A stretch of DNA of 64,000 nucleotides from Butyricicoccus sp. Marseille-Q5471 (lineage in GTDB: Bacteria > Bacillota > Clostridia > Oscillospirales > Butyricicoccaceae): NCBI RefSeq assembly GCF_951230135.1, contig NZ_CATNVC010000001.1, positions 76,746-140,745 of the forward strand. Reading direction: 5' to 3'. Below the pieces are notes generated by a model that was given only the letters and a program-made list of their open reading frames with translations, was not told the origin of the DNA and searched no databases. A program made the translations under genes and the position numbers. Below, one piece after another: positions 37,503 through 46,335 of the stretch. The first letter of the stretch is position 1. The number at the start of each line of letters is the position of its first letter.

Positions 37503-37928
37503 TCAGTCCATGATGACCATGCACTTGATCTCGGCCTCGGCGGCCTTCTGGTCGCCCACCCAAGCGATGCCTTCCGCAACCGCCATCGGGCCGCGGCGCT
37601 TGGTAAAGGTAATCTCCATGCGCAGGGTGTCACCCGGCTTTGCCATCGCGCGGAATTTCGCCTTGTCAATGCCGGTGTAGACCGCCGTCTTGCCCTTATA
37701 TTCAGGGATGGACAGCAATGCAACCGCGCCGACCTGTGCCAGCGCTTCCAGACGGAACACGGCGGGCATGATTGGGTTTCCGGGAAAGTGTCCCTGGAAA
37801 AAGAACTCGTCGCCCGTCAGGTGCAGCGTGCCGACCGCGTGCGTCTCGTCCATTTCGATAATCTCATCGACCAGCAGCATCGGTGCACGGTGCGGGATGA
37901 TCTCCATGATCTGTTCCTTGTTCAGCAT
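37503..37928 (-). CDS. fabZ: 3-hydroxyacyl-ACP dehydratase FabZ
   Basis: 141 aa hot-dog fold (IPHRAPMLLVDEI...GHFPGNPIMPA). Confidence 0.9.
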   Translation of the reverse strand: MLNKEQIMEIIPHRAPMLLVDEIIEMDETHAVGTLHLTGDEFFFQGHFPGNPIMPAVFRLEALAQVGAVALLSIPEYKGKTAVYTGIDKAKFRAMAKPGDTLRMEITFTKRRGPMAVAEGIAWVGDQKAAEAEIKCMVIMD

Positions 37929-37943
37929 TTTGATCTTCCTTCC

Positions 37944-38396
37944 TTATTCCTCGATCACAACGACCGTCTGCTTATATTCCACCATATCGCCGGGCTGCGC
38001 AAGAATGCGCACGACTGTGCCGTCGCAGGGCGATTTGATTTCGTTCATTGTCTTCATAGCTTCGATGATGAACAGGGTATCGCCCTTTTTCACCTTCTGC
38101 CCGACCAGCACAAACGGAGGTGCATCCGGCGATGCAGACGAGTAAAACACACCGACCAGCGGCGCTTCCACCGCCCGACCCGCAGGCAGTTCCGCCGCCT
38201 GCGCGGCCGCGGTCTCGATATTCGGCACTGCTGTCGGTGCAGCGGACACAGTTGCCGCAGGAGCTACCGTGGCAGACTCGGCCGCGCGAACCTTAATCTT
38301 CACGTCCTCCGCCTCAATCACAACCTCGCCCAGTCCTCTGGCCTTCAGCGCGTCCATCAGCTCGATGGCGGCCTGCTTCAGTTCGTTGATATCCAT
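37944..38396 (-). CDS. accB: Biotin carboxyl carrier protein
   Basis: C-terminal biotinyl domain with the EAMKTMNEI biotinylation motif. Ala/Pro-rich linker. Confidence 0.9.
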   Translation of the reverse strand: MDINELKQAAIELMDALKARGLGEVVIEAEDVKIKVRAAESATVAPAATVSAAPTAVPNIETAAAQAAELPAGRAVEAPLVGVFYSSASPDAPPFVLVGQKVKKGDTLFIIEAMKTMNEIKSPCDGTVVRILAQPGDMVEYKQTVVVIEE

Positions 38397-38400
38397 GCCC

Positions 38401-39636
38401 TTACACCTTCTTAATCAGCACGGTCGCATTGTGACCGCCAAAACCCAGAGAGTTGGAGATCGCAACGCGAATCGGCATTTCGACCGCCTTGTTGGGCGTG
38501 ATGTCAAGGTCGCACTCAGGGTCTGCTTCCTTGTAGCCGATAGTCGGCGGGACAACGCCCTCTTCGATGGCCTTGACGCAGGCGATTGCTTCAATTGCAG
38601 CCGCGCCGCCGAGCAGATGGCCGGTCATCGACTTGGTCGAAGAGACCTTGACCTTATATGCATGGTCACCGAGCGCTTTTTTGAGAGCAATGGTCTCATA
38701 CTTCTCATTAAGCGGCGTCGACGTACCGTGAGCATTCACATAATCCACATCGGCAGGTGTAAGACCGGCATCGGTAATCGCGCCCAGAATGGCGCGGGAA
38801 GCCGCTTCGCCCGACGGGTCGGGGCTTGTAATGTGATACGCGTCGCCCGATGCGCCGTAGCCCGCGACCTCCGCCAGAATGGCAGCGCCGCGCGCCTGTG
38901 CGTGCGACAGGCTCTCGAGCACGAGACAACCCGCACCCTCACCCATGACAAATCCGGAGCGGCGTGCGTCAAACGGGATGGAGGCCGCTGCGGGATCGTC
39001 GCCCGTGTGCAGTGCCTTCATATTCTGGAAACCGGCGACCGCAATCGGGATGATGCCGTTTTCCGTGCCGCCGCAGACCACGATGTCCTGATAGCCGTGG
39101 CGAATGGCACGCATGGCCTCACCGATGGCGTGATTGCTCGACGCACAAGCCGAAACCGGGCAGAAATTTTCGCCCTTAAAGCCAAAGCGCATCGAAATGT
39201 GTGCCGCGGCCATGTTGACAATCATTTCAGGGATGCAGACCGGCGAAACACGACCCGGCCCTTTTTCATTGAGCTTTGCGCTCTCGATTTCCACAACATG
39301 CAGACCGCCCACACCCGCGCCAAAAATCACGCCGGTACGGTAGGGATCGAAGTTGCCCTCGGTCAGTCCTGCTTGCTCGACCGCCTGCTGCGCGGCGGCA
39401 AGCGCGAAGTGACAGTTTTGATCCATGCGGCGCGCTTCCCGCTTGTCCACATACTGCTCCACGTCAAAATCCTTGACCTCCGCGGCCAGTTTTACTTTAT
39501 AATCAGAAGGGTCAAACTTGGTGAGCGGCCCAATGCCGCACTTGCCCGCCTTGAGCGAGGCCCAAAAGCTGTCCACATCGTTGCCGACAGGCGTGATTGC
39601 GCCCATACCGGTGATAACTACTCGTTCCATAAGCAT
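38401..39636 (-). CDS. fabF: 3-oxoacyl-ACP synthase II
   Basis: KAS II motifs: active-site Cys (ACASSNHAIGEA), HGTSTPLNE and NSLGFGGHNATV. Start is 39636 or 39630. Confidence 0.9.
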   Translation of the reverse strand: MLMERVVITGMGAITPVGNDVDSFWASLKAGKCGIGPLTKFDPSDYKVKLAAEVKDFDVEQYVDKREARRMDQNCHFALAAAQQAVEQAGLTEGNFDPYRTGVIFGAGVGGLHVVEIESAKLNEKGPGRVSPVCIPEMIVNMAAAHISMRFGFKGENFCPVSACASSNHAIGEAMRAIRHGYQDIVVCGGTENGIIPIAVAGFQNMKALHTGDDPAAASIPFDARRSGFVMGEGAGCLVLESLSHAQARGAAILAEVAGYGASGDAYHITSPDPSGEAASRAILGAITDAGLTPADVDYVNAHGTSTPLNEKYETIALKKALGDHAYKVKVSSTKSMTGHLLGGAAAIEAIACVKAIEEGVVPPTIGYKEADPECDLDITPNKAVEMPIRVAISNSLGFGGHNATVLIKKV

Positions 39637-39674
39637 TTTTCCTTTCCTGTGTCGTTCCCTCTGCCGATTGCGTG

Positions 39675-40403
39675 TTAAATCATGCCGCCGTCCGCGACAA
39701 TCACCTGTCCGGTGATGTAGGACGCCGCGTCGGACGTGAGGAAGGACGCGATGCTCGCGATTTCCTCCGGCTTGCCGCAGCGCTTCATGGCAATTTGGCT
39801 CAGCATGGCATTTTTCACATCCTCGGGCAGCACATCGGTCATGTCGCTCTCGATGAAGCCCGGTGCAATCGCATTGACGCGCACGCCGCGCGCGCCAAGC
39901 TCCTTGGCGGCCGACTTGGTCAGACCGATTACACCTGCCTTGGAGGCCGAATAGTTGGCCTGTCCCGCGTTGCCCGAAATACCAACGACCGAGCTTAAAT
40001 TGACAATGCTGCCCGCCTTGGCGCGCATCATCATGGCGCCGACCAGCTGGAGCATGTTGAACGTGCCCTTGAGGTTGACCGACAGCACAGCGTCAAACTG
40101 GTCAGGCTTCATGCGGACGAGCAGACCGTCGCGCGTAATGCCGGCATTATTAATCAGGATGGTCGGCACGCCGAGCTCCTCCTTGATTTCCTTCACCGCC
40201 TTATCGCACGCGTCATAATCGGCAACGTCCCACTGCTTGGCAAGCACCCGAACGCCGTGCGCCCGGCACTGATCCGCGACCGCCGCGGCCTTTTCGACCG
40301 AGGACGCGCAGTTGATGACGATATCATGACCATCCGCGGCCAGTTTCTCGGCGATCGCCGCGCCAATGCCGCGCGAAGCGCCGGTTATAATTGCAATTCC
40401 CAT
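39675..40403 (-). CDS. fabG: 3-oxoacyl-ACP reductase
   Basis: SDR with TGASRGIG, NNAG and the YSASK catalytic triad region. ATG at 40403 has RBS AAGGAG. Confidence 0.9.
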   Translation of the reverse strand: MGIAIITGASRGIGAAIAEKLAADGHDIVINCASSVEKAAAVADQCRAHGVRVLAKQWDVADYDACDKAVKEIKEELGVPTILINNAGITRDGLLVRMKPDQFDAVLSVNLKGTFNMLQLVGAMMMRAKAGSIVNLSSVVGISGNAGQANYSASKAGVIGLTKSAAKELGARGVRVNAIAPGFIESDMTDVLPEDVKNAMLSQIAMKRCGKPEEIASIASFLTSDAASYITGQVIVADGGMI

Positions 40404-40415
40404 CAAACGATCTCC

Positions 40416-41363
40416 TTATTCAAAGCGTGCAAAGCCTGCGCGAAGCAGCGCTTCCGCATCCGCGGTCATAGATTTAAGCACGTCCTCGCACGAGCGCAGC
40501 TCCCGCAGCATGCCCGCAATCTGGCCGGACATAAAGGTGCCCTCTTCGTAGTTGCCATCCTGCACGGCCTTCCGCAGCGAACCCGCGGTTGCGGCTTCGA
40601 TCTCCTCGAGCGACTGATCGGTCACTTCCTTCTCAAGCTCCAGACACTTGCGCGTCAGCGGCGTCTTGAGTGCGCGCACCGGATGTCCCGACGGGCGGCC
40701 GGTCACAACGGTGGAAATATCGCTGGCTTTCAGCACCAGCTCCTTGTACTTTTCGGAAATTTGGCACTCGGGCGTGGCGAGAAACACCGTGCCGCACTGC
40801 ACGCCTTCTGCGCCCATAAGGAGCGCCGCCGCCATGCCGCGACCGTCTGCAATGCCGCCTGCGCCGATGACCGGAATATCCAACGCATCTACCACCTGCG
40901 GCAGAAGCGCCATAGTGGTCAGCTCGCCGATGTGTCCGCCGCCCTCCATGCCTTCCGCGATGACGGCATCCGCGCCCGCGCGCTCCATGCGCTTAGCAAG
41001 CGCGACAGAGGCGACTACCGGCATTACCTTAATACCCGCCTGTTTCCAGTTTTCCATATATTTTCCCGGATTACCCGCACCAGTGGTTAAAACCTCAATT
41101 TTTTCATCAATTGCGAGCTGTGCAAGGTCGTCCGCATTGGGAGAGAGCAGCATGATGTTCATACCAAGCGGCTTGTCCGTAATTTCGCGTGCACGGCGGA
41201 TTTCCTGACGAATCACATCGACCGGCGCTGCGCCGCCCGCGATGATGCCAAGACCGCCCGCTTTGGAGACCGCCGCCGCCAGATGGTGCTCTGCAATCCA
41301 AGCCATCGCGCCCTGTACAATCGGATATTCAATGCCCAGTAATTCGGTAATTTTCGTTTTCAT
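40416..41363 (-). CDS. fabK: Enoyl-ACP reductase II (FMN-dependent, NMO family)
   Basis: Starts MKTKITELLGIEYPIVQGAMAWIAEHHLAAAVSKAGGLGII, the FabK/nitronate monooxygenase fold. ATG at 41363 has RBS AAAGGAGC. Confidence 0.85.
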   Translation of the reverse strand: MKTKITELLGIEYPIVQGAMAWIAEHHLAAAVSKAGGLGIIAGGAAPVDVIRQEIRRAREITDKPLGMNIMLLSPNADDLAQLAIDEKIEVLTTGAGNPGKYMENWKQAGIKVMPVVASVALAKRMERAGADAVIAEGMEGGGHIGELTTMALLPQVVDALDIPVIGAGGIADGRGMAAALLMGAEGVQCGTVFLATPECQISEKYKELVLKASDISTVVTGRPSGHPVRALKTPLTRKCLELEKEVTDQSLEEIEAATAGSLRKAVQDGNYEEGTFMSGQIAGMLRELRSCEDVLKSMTADAEALLRAGFARFE

Positions 41364-41379
41364 ATCACTCATGCTCCTT

Positions 41380-42363
41380 TTACAGTCTGACCACAAAGGC
41401 ACCATAGGTCAGGCCGCCACCAAAACCGGTGCATACAACGGTCTGTCCCTCGTGCAGCAGACCCTTCTGCCGCATCTCGTCCATGCACAGCGGAATACTG
41501 GCCGACGAGGTGTTGCCGAAGCGATCCAGATTGACATAAATTTTTTCCTTGGGCAGGTTATACTTTTTTGCAATGACGTCCAAAATACGCAGGTTGGCCT
41601 GATGCGGCACTACCCAGTCGATGTCCGCCGCGGTAAGACCCGCACGGCTGAGCGCCTCATCAATCGCGCTGGGCACAGCCGTGGCGGTAAAGCGCACAAC
41701 CGGCGCACCCTGCATCTTGAGAAAACGCGCGGTGTGGTCGAAGGTGCGATCCGAATGCAGAGGATCTTCCTCCAACGGCAGCGCCTCCATATAAAGGTAC
41801 TCTGCACCCGAGCCGTCCGCTGCGATATAAGAGGACAAAATGCCCTTATCCGCCTCTTCGGTCGCGGTGTAAACCGCAGCACCTGCCGCGTCGCCAAACA
41901 GCACGCAGGTGCCGCGATCGGTATAATCGGTGATGCGGGACAGGGTTTCCGCCGATACAACCAGCACGGTCTTGGCCTTGCCACACTTAATATAGCTGTC
42001 CGCAATGTCGGAAGCGTTGATAAAGCCGGTGCAGCAGGTGTTCACGTCCATCGCCGCACACTTTGCGCCCAGCTTGTCCTGGATGACACTGGCTTCAATC
42101 GGCGAATACGTATCCGGCGTGCAGGTGCTGACGATAATCAGGTCGATCTCATCTACCGAAACGCCCGCATCCTCCAGCGCACGCTCGGCAGCCTTCAGTC
42201 CGAGTTCCCACGTGTGCATGCCCTTGGCAATGCGGCGCTCGCGTATGCCGGTGCGCTTGACGATCCATTCGTCGTTCGTATCGACCAGCTGCTCCAACAT
42301 TTCGTTGGTCAGCACGAAATCAGGCACATACGAACCTGTTCCGATCATCTTGCAGTTCATCAT
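41380..42363 (-). CDS. fabH: 3-oxoacyl-ACP synthase III
   Basis: KAS III with the CTGF active site, followed by H and N motifs. Start is ATG at 42363 with RBS AGGGAGTG (the ORF-track GTG is at 42369). Confidence 0.9.
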   Translation of the reverse strand: MMNCKMIGTGSYVPDFVLTNEMLEQLVDTNDEWIVKRTGIRERRIAKGMHTWELGLKAAERALEDAGVSVDEIDLIIVSTCTPDTYSPIEASVIQDKLGAKCAAMDVNTCCTGFINASDIADSYIKCGKAKTVLVVSAETLSRITDYTDRGTCVLFGDAAGAAVYTATEEADKGILSSYIAADGSGAEYLYMEALPLEEDPLHSDRTFDHTARFLKMQGAPVVRFTATAVPSAIDEALSRAGLTAADIDWVVPHQANLRILDVIAKKYNLPKEKIYVNLDRFGNTSSASIPLCMDEMRQKGLLHEGQTVVCTGFGGGLTYGAFVVRL

Positions 42364-42428
42364 ATCCACACTCCCTAAAGTTCAAATCGCTTCTCCCGTT
42401 GATTCGTGGAAAAGCGACAATAGTTTGA

Positions 42429-42478
42429 TTGACAAAGTAATACTTGTCTATTATAATGAATACCAATGGAATTGTCAA
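42429..42478. promoter_or_regulatory. Face-to-face divergent consensus sigma-A promoters (fabD on plus, fabH operon on minus) sharing an ATTATAAT -10 core
   Basis: Plus strand has TTGACA (42429-34), 17-nt spacer, TATAAT (42452-57). Minus strand has TTGACA (42478-73), 17-nt spacer, TATAAT (42455-50). The two -10 hexamers overlap by 4 bp. Confidence 0.6.
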
Positions 42479-42518
42479 CCTTTTCCCACGGCTGACGAAT
42501 TTGGGAGGCAAAAGAAGA

Positions 42519-43436
42519 ATGAATTACGGCTTTGCATTTTTCCCCGGTCAGGGCGCACAGGCACCCGGCATGGGCAAGGAACTATACGAAGGCAGCGCCG
42601 CGGCGCGTCTGATTTTTGAAGAAGCGAGCGACAGCGCTAACATGGATGTTGCACGGCTTTGCTTCGAGAGCGACAAGGACATGCTTTCCCGCACGGAAAA
42701 CAGCCAAATCGCTATTTTCACGCACTCAATGGCTGCTCTCGCTGCCCTAAAGGAAGCAGGCGTGACCTTTTCGGCATGTGCCGGTTTTTCTCTCGGCGAG
42801 TACACCGCTTTGGCTGCGGCAGGCGTGGTTTCGCTTGCGGATGGCGTTAAAATCGTCTCAATGCGCGGCAAGCTGATGCAGCAGGCGGCGGACAGCTCCG
42901 ACGGCGGCATGGCGGCCGTTCTTGGACTGGACGACGCACTGGTCGAAGAGGCCTGCGCCAAGGTGACGAGCGGCGTTGTGCTGCCCGTTAACTACAACTG
43001 TCCGGGACAGCTCGTCATTGCGGGCGAGCGCGCGGCGCTGAACGAGGCGATTGAAAACTGCAAGGCCGCAGGCGCGCGCCGTGCACTGCCGCTCGCGGTT
43101 TCGGGCGCATTTCATACGCCGCTGATGGCAAAGGCAGCCGCAGAACTGCGTGCCTTCCTGTCCGATTTCACATTCGCACAGCCATCTATGGCGCTTTACT
43201 CCAACCTCGACGGCAAGGTGCTCGAAACAGCTGATATGCCCGCGCATCTTGAGCAGCATATGATTTCTCCTGTACGCTGGAAGGCGCTTGTCGTAAACGG
43301 CATGTCCAATGGGCTCACCAGTGCGTGCGAGGTCGGCCCCGGCAAAACGCTGACCGGCTTTGCGGGAAAAATCAGCAAAGACCTTGTCTGTAAGCCTGTG
43401 TTTGACATGGCCGGCGTGCTGGCCGCAGCGGAGTAA
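42519..43436 (+). CDS. fabD: Malonyl-CoA:ACP transacylase
   Basis: Starts MNYGFAFFPGQGAQAPGMG with the GFSLGEY active-site Ser motif. ATG at 42519 has RBS GGGAGG. The ORF-track extension is rejected. Confidence 0.9.
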   Translation: MNYGFAFFPGQGAQAPGMGKELYEGSAAARLIFEEASDSANMDVARLCFESDKDMLSRTENSQIAIFTHSMAALAALKEAGVTFSACAGFSLGEYTALAAAGVVSLADGVKIVSMRGKLMQQAADSSDGGMAAVLGLDDALVEEACAKVTSGVVLPVNYNCPGQLVIAGERAALNEAIENCKAAGARRALPLAVSGAFHTPLMAKAAAELRAFLSDFTFAQPSMALYSNLDGKVLETADMPAHLEQHMISPVRWKALVVNGMSNGLTSACEVGPGKTLTGFAGKISKDLVCKPVFDMAGVLAAAE

Positions 43437-43449
43437 ATCAAATAAAGCA

Positions 43450-43480
43450 TAAAAAAGGAAGCCTTACGGCTTCCTTTTTT
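43450..43480. terminator. Bidirectional intrinsic terminator (fabD / metQ convergent)
   Basis: AAAAAAGGAAGCC-ttac-GGCTTCCTTTTTT. Confidence 0.85.
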
Positions 43481-43485
43481 CATTC

Positions 43486-44328
43486 TTAGAACGTGGGAAC
43501 AACAGCGCCCTGATAGGTGTCCTCAATAAACTTCTTGACCGTATCAGAGTGCAGCGCGTCGACCAGCGCCTTAATCTTCTCCGAGTTCTCCTCGCCCTCG
43601 CGCACGGCGATGACGTTGACGTAAACCGAACCGTACTGCTCGGACTCGGCGGCAACCGCATCATCGTTGACGTTCAGGTCAAACTGCAGCGCGTAGTTGC
43701 CGTTAATGACCGCCATGTCAACATCCTGCAGCGAACGCGGAATCTGCTCGGCAGCCAGCTCCTTGATGCTCAGGTTCTTCGGGTTCTCCACGATGTCGAG
43801 CACAGTGGCGGACTTGGTCGCGTCGATGCCGTCCTTGAGCTTAATCAGGCCCTGATCCTGCAGCAGCAGCAGTGCGCGGGTCTCGTTTGTGTCGTCGTTC
43901 GGCACAGCGATGGTGCCGCCTTCCGGAATGTCCGCAATCGCTGCGGTCTTTCCGGGATACAGGCCGTACGGCTCATAGTGCATCTCGGCCGCGCTGACCA
44001 GCTTATAGCCCTCCTCCTGGCACTTCTTCTCCAGATAGGGCAGGTGCTGGAAGTAGTTTGCGTCCAGTTCGCCGTCGTTCAGCGCCACGTTGGGCTGAAT
44101 GTAATCGGTGAACTCAACTACCTTGAGCTCGTAGCCCTGCTCGGCAAGGACGTCCTTCGCAGCGTTCAGGATTTCCGCGTGGGGTGTGGGCGAAGCGCCG
44201 ACCGTGATGGTCTTGTCCGCAGCGTCGCCGCCGTTTGCGGCCGTCTGCCCATCGTTCTTTGCGCCGCAGGCCGTCAGTGCGGTCAGGCACAGTGCACCGG
44301 CAAGCAGTGCTGCAATTTTCTTCTTCAT
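43486..44328 (-). CDS. metQ: Methionine ABC transporter substrate-binding lipoprotein (MetQ/NlpA family)
   Basis: Signal peptide with lipobox LTAC. NlpA-family periplasmic binding fold. Confidence 0.85.
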   Translation of the reverse strand: MKKKIAALLAGALCLTALTACGAKNDGQTAANGGDAADKTITVGASPTPHAEILNAAKDVLAEQGYELKVVEFTDYIQPNVALNDGELDANYFQHLPYLEKKCQEEGYKLVSAAEMHYEPYGLYPGKTAAIADIPEGGTIAVPNDDTNETRALLLLQDQGLIKLKDGIDATKSATVLDIVENPKNLSIKELAAEQIPRSLQDVDMAVINGNYALQFDLNVNDDAVAAESEQYGSVYVNVIAVREGEENSEKIKALVDALHSDTVKKFIEDTYQGAVVPTF

Positions 44329-44378
44329 GTCAATCTCTCCTTTTTGATATTTATCAATATAATATAATGATAACAGGG

Positions 44379-45041
44379 TTAACGGTTGCGCTTATCCAGC
44401 TTCTTGGCCAATCGCAGGCCGATGGTCTGGAAAATCTGCACAATGATGACGAGCAGCACAACGGTGACAATCATCGGTGGGGTTTGGTTTCGGTTATAGC
44501 CGTAGTTCTGTGCAATCGTGCCCAGACCGCCGCCACCGATAAAGCCGGCCATCGCCGAGTAACCGAGAATGGTGACGATCGAAATCGCCGCACCGACCAG
44601 AAGCGAGGGTTTCGCCTCCGGCACAAGCACCTTGGTCACAATCTGCCACGGCGATGCGCCCATCGACTGCGCCGCCTCAATCACGCCGAAGCCGACCTCC
44701 TTAATGGATGATTCGACCATGCGCGCCACATAGGGTGCAGCTGCAATAATCAGCGGTACGACCGTCGCGGTCGAACCGATTGTCGTACCGATAATAGCAC
44801 GTGTGACCGGCATGACCAGCACGGCCAGAATCAGGAACGGAATCGAGCGCAGAATGTTGACAATGACGCCGACAACGGCGTTGAGCGCGCGCATTGGCCG
44901 CACGCCGTCTTTATCCGTTGCCACGAGCAGCAGGCCGAGCGGCAGGCCGATCACATATGAGCCGACCGTCGACAGGATGACCATGTAAAGCGTTTCGAGG
45001 ATGCCCTGGCCAATCAGGCCCCATAATTCAGGTGAAATCAT
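44379..45041 (-). CDS. metI: Methionine ABC transporter permease
   Basis: 220 aa with five TM segments and an EAA-like loop (ESSIKEVGFGVIEAAQSMGASPWQI). Confidence 0.85.
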   Translation of the reverse strand: MISPELWGLIGQGILETLYMVILSTVGSYVIGLPLGLLLVATDKDGVRPMRALNAVVGVIVNILRSIPFLILAVLVMPVTRAIIGTTIGSTATVVPLIIAAAPYVARMVESSIKEVGFGVIEAAQSMGASPWQIVTKVLVPEAKPSLLVGAAISIVTILGYSAMAGFIGGGGLGTIAQNYGYNRNQTPPMIVTVVLLVIIVQIFQTIGLRLAKKLDKRNR

Positions 45042-46056
45042 CTGACAGCCCCTCCTCTACATGCACATTCTGGGTTTCAAGATACGCAAGCGCGCGGCTT
45101 GCGGCGCGTTCATCATCCGGCAGCTGCAAAATCATCTGGCCATAGGCCTTGCCGTCCATATCCTTGGTATCGGCAAACATGATGTTCACAGGCGCCTTGC
45201 ATTCGAGCACCATATTAGAAACCACCGGTTCGAAGGACGAATTGCCGTCAAACACGATGCGACAGTAGCGCTTGCCGGTCGCAAGACGCTCACGCTGCTT
45301 GCCATCCGGATAAATCAGCTGCTTTGCCATCGTGGACTGCGGGCGGGTAAACACCTGATCGACCGCGCCGATTTCGGCGATATGGCTCGCGTCAATGATG
45401 GCGACGCGCTGACAGATTTCTTCAATGACCGCCATTTCATGCGTAATCACGATAATCGTAATACCCAGTTTGCGGTTGATTTCCTTGAGCAGCGACAAAA
45501 TAGAGCGCGTGGTCGTCGGGTCGAGCGCACTGGTTGCTTCATCGCACAGCAGGATTTTCGGATTGGTAGCCAGTGCACGCGCGATTGCGACGCGCTGCTG
45601 CTGCCCGCCCGACATCTGGGACGGATAGGCGTTTGCGCGGTCGCTCAGACCGACAATGCCGAGCAGCTCCTCTGCCCGCTTTTCCGCCTCCGCCTTTGGC
45701 GTTCCCGCAATTTCAAGCGGAAAGCAGATGTTCTGCAGCGCGGTGCGCTGCTGCAGCAGGTTGAACTGCTGAAAAATCATGCCCATCGAACGGCGCGCAT
45801 CCAGCAAGTCGCGTTTGGAGAGCTTGCCGAGCTCCTCTCCATCGACCGTGACCGTGCCTGCGGTCGGCACTTCCAGAAAGTTGATGCAGCGCACCAGTGT
45901 GGACTTGCCTGCGCCCGACAAACCAATGATACCGAAAATCTCGCCGCGCATGATATCCAAACTAATATCATCCAGTGCAACCACCGTACCTGCGCGCCCG
46001 CGGAAGGTCTTATTCAGATTACGAATTTGTACAATAGCATCCTGTCCCAAAATCAT
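45028..46056 (-). CDS. metN: Methionine ABC transporter ATP-binding protein
   Basis: Walker A GLSGAGKST, signature LSGGQQQRVAIARA and a C-terminal NIL/ACT-like domain. Start is uncertain: ATG at 46056 (RBS very close) or TTG at 46050. The ORF-track GTG at 46095 lies inside the upstream terminator hairpin and is rejected. Confidence 0.85.
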   Translation of the reverse strand: MILGQDAIVQIRNLNKTFRGRAGTVVALDDISLDIMRGEIFGIIGLSGAGKSTLVRCINFLEVPTAGTVTVDGEELGKLSKRDLLDARRSMGMIFQQFNLLQQRTALQNICFPLEIAGTPKAEAEKRAEELLGIVGLSDRANAYPSQMSGGQQQRVAIARALATNPKILLCDEATSALDPTTTRSILSLLKEINRKLGITIIVITHEMAVIEEICQRVAIIDASHIAEIGAVDQVFTRPQSTMAKQLIYPDGKQRERLATGKRYCRIVFDGNSSFEPVVSNMVLECKAPVNIMFADTKDMDGKAYGQMILQLPDDERAASRALAYLETQNVHVEEGLSDDFT

Positions 46057-46071
46057 TCCCCCTAAAATTTC

Positions 46072-46104
46072 AAAATAAAAGCGGAAAGCATACACGCTTT
46101 CCGC
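46072..46104 (-). terminator. Intrinsic terminator inside the metNIQ leader (attenuator terminator)
   Basis: Minus-strand RNA forms GCGGAAAGC-guguau-GCUUUCCGC followed by UUUUAUUUUG, about 15 nt upstream of the metN start. Confidence 0.75.
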
Positions 46105-46164
46105 TCGTTTTCTGCAAATTTGCGCAAAACCGCATCACAAGCGGCCCGCGCTATGTGTTCAAGG

Positions 46165-46239
46165 TTACACCTGTCCCTGAACCGTAGCAAAACGAGCAAA
46201 ACCACACATCTCACACATGTACATTCGCATGATCATCAT
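46165..46239 (-). CDS. Met/Cys-rich leader peptide ORF (24 aa) of the metNIQ operon; putative attenuation leader
   Basis: Strong RBS AAAGGAGG sits 9 nt before the ATG. Translation is MMIMRMYMCEMCGFARFATVQGQV, with six Met and two Cys in the first 12 codons. It lies between a promoter and the terminator. Unannotated because it is under 60 aa. Confidence 0.5.
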   Translation of the reverse strand: MMIMRMYMCEMCGFARFATVQGQV

Positions 46240-46292
46240 GTCGGTCTTCCTCCTTTTCCTACAATTTCGATAGAATATCACTCAGTGGTTCT

Positions 46293-46321
46293 AGTTTAGA
46301 CCAGAGCGCACGGTTTGTCAA
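46293..46321 (-). promoter_or_regulatory. Promoter of the met leader/metNIQ transcript
   Basis: Minus-strand TTGACA, 17-nt spacer, TAAACT, immediately downstream of the nrdR stop. Confidence 0.45.
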
Positions 46322-46335
46322 GGTTTTTTTATCGG

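Noticed and set aside
42421-42460. A possible FapR/FabT-type operator palindrome in the fabH-fabD intergenic region (TTGATTGACAAAGTAATACTTGTCTA)
   Set aside because: The dyad symmetry is imperfect and does not match the FapR or FabT consensus I know. The symmetry is better explained by the two opposed promoters.
46057-46095. GTG start at 46095 for metN
   Set aside because: It lies inside the GC stem of the leader terminator and has no SD. The in-frame ATG/TTG at 46056/46050 fits the MetN N-terminus.
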